This document shows, piece by piece, positions 63,905 through 64,000 of a DNA stretch of 64,000 nt. This DNA comes from Octopus vulgaris (Eukaryota), in the NCBI GenBank assembly GCA_951406725.2, contig OX597818.1:7006001-7070000 (forward strand). The letters run 5' to 3'. The notes under the pieces were generated by a model, which did no database searches, was not told the DNA's origin, and worked only from the letters and a program-made list of their open reading frames with translations. The translations under genes and the position numbers were made by a program. How positions within the stretch are numbered: the stretch's first letter is position 1; every line of letters begins with the position of its first letter.

Positions 63905-64000
63905 CGTTTATAAATAATACCTGCACCCATAGCCCTTGGTAACAATTTCTGAAATAGCCTTTAAGATAATTACGATTAACCACTGCAAGGGGAATTACTC

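Larger units (their letters stand above)
60834..64000 (+). mobile_element. PLE with uninterrupted ORF (Hydra-like clade); runs off the end of the window
   Basis: Partial 5' pseudo-LTR with hammerhead and AATAAA, leader, 895-aa ORF, start of 3' UTR. Confidence 0.9.

Overview
AT-rich, microsatellite-dense eukaryotic DNA with no host protein-coding gene that I can support. Most short ORFs in the track are translations of (TA)n, (CA)n, (TTA)n, (CTT)n and (GATA)n tracts. The repeat content resembles octopus/cephalopod genomes (inference from recall, not verified). The window is dominated by mobile elements: (i) Penelope-like elements (PLEs) of about three clades, namely an uninterrupted 895-aa RT+GIY-YIG ORF with a canonical hammerhead ribozyme upstream (60.8-64 kb), a Naiad-like copy with ~600-bp inverted arms and a 12-bp TSD (34.8-37.4 kb), and a Neptune/Nematis-like 3' fragment whose hammerhead has a compensatory U3-A8 core (55-56.3 kb); (ii) a cluster of Dong/R4-like RLE retrotransposons from at least five families, all inserted in the same polarity into (TAA)n tracts, whose 3' UTRs share a covarying stem-loop that also appears in a ~555-bp non-coding (TAA)n-embedded element; (iii) decayed Tx1/L1, CR1/L2-like, Tc1, mariner, piggyBac and Helitron/Helentron-type elements, many SINEs, MITEs and foldbacks. 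All alignments and RNA folds were done by eye; boundaries are approximate unless stated.
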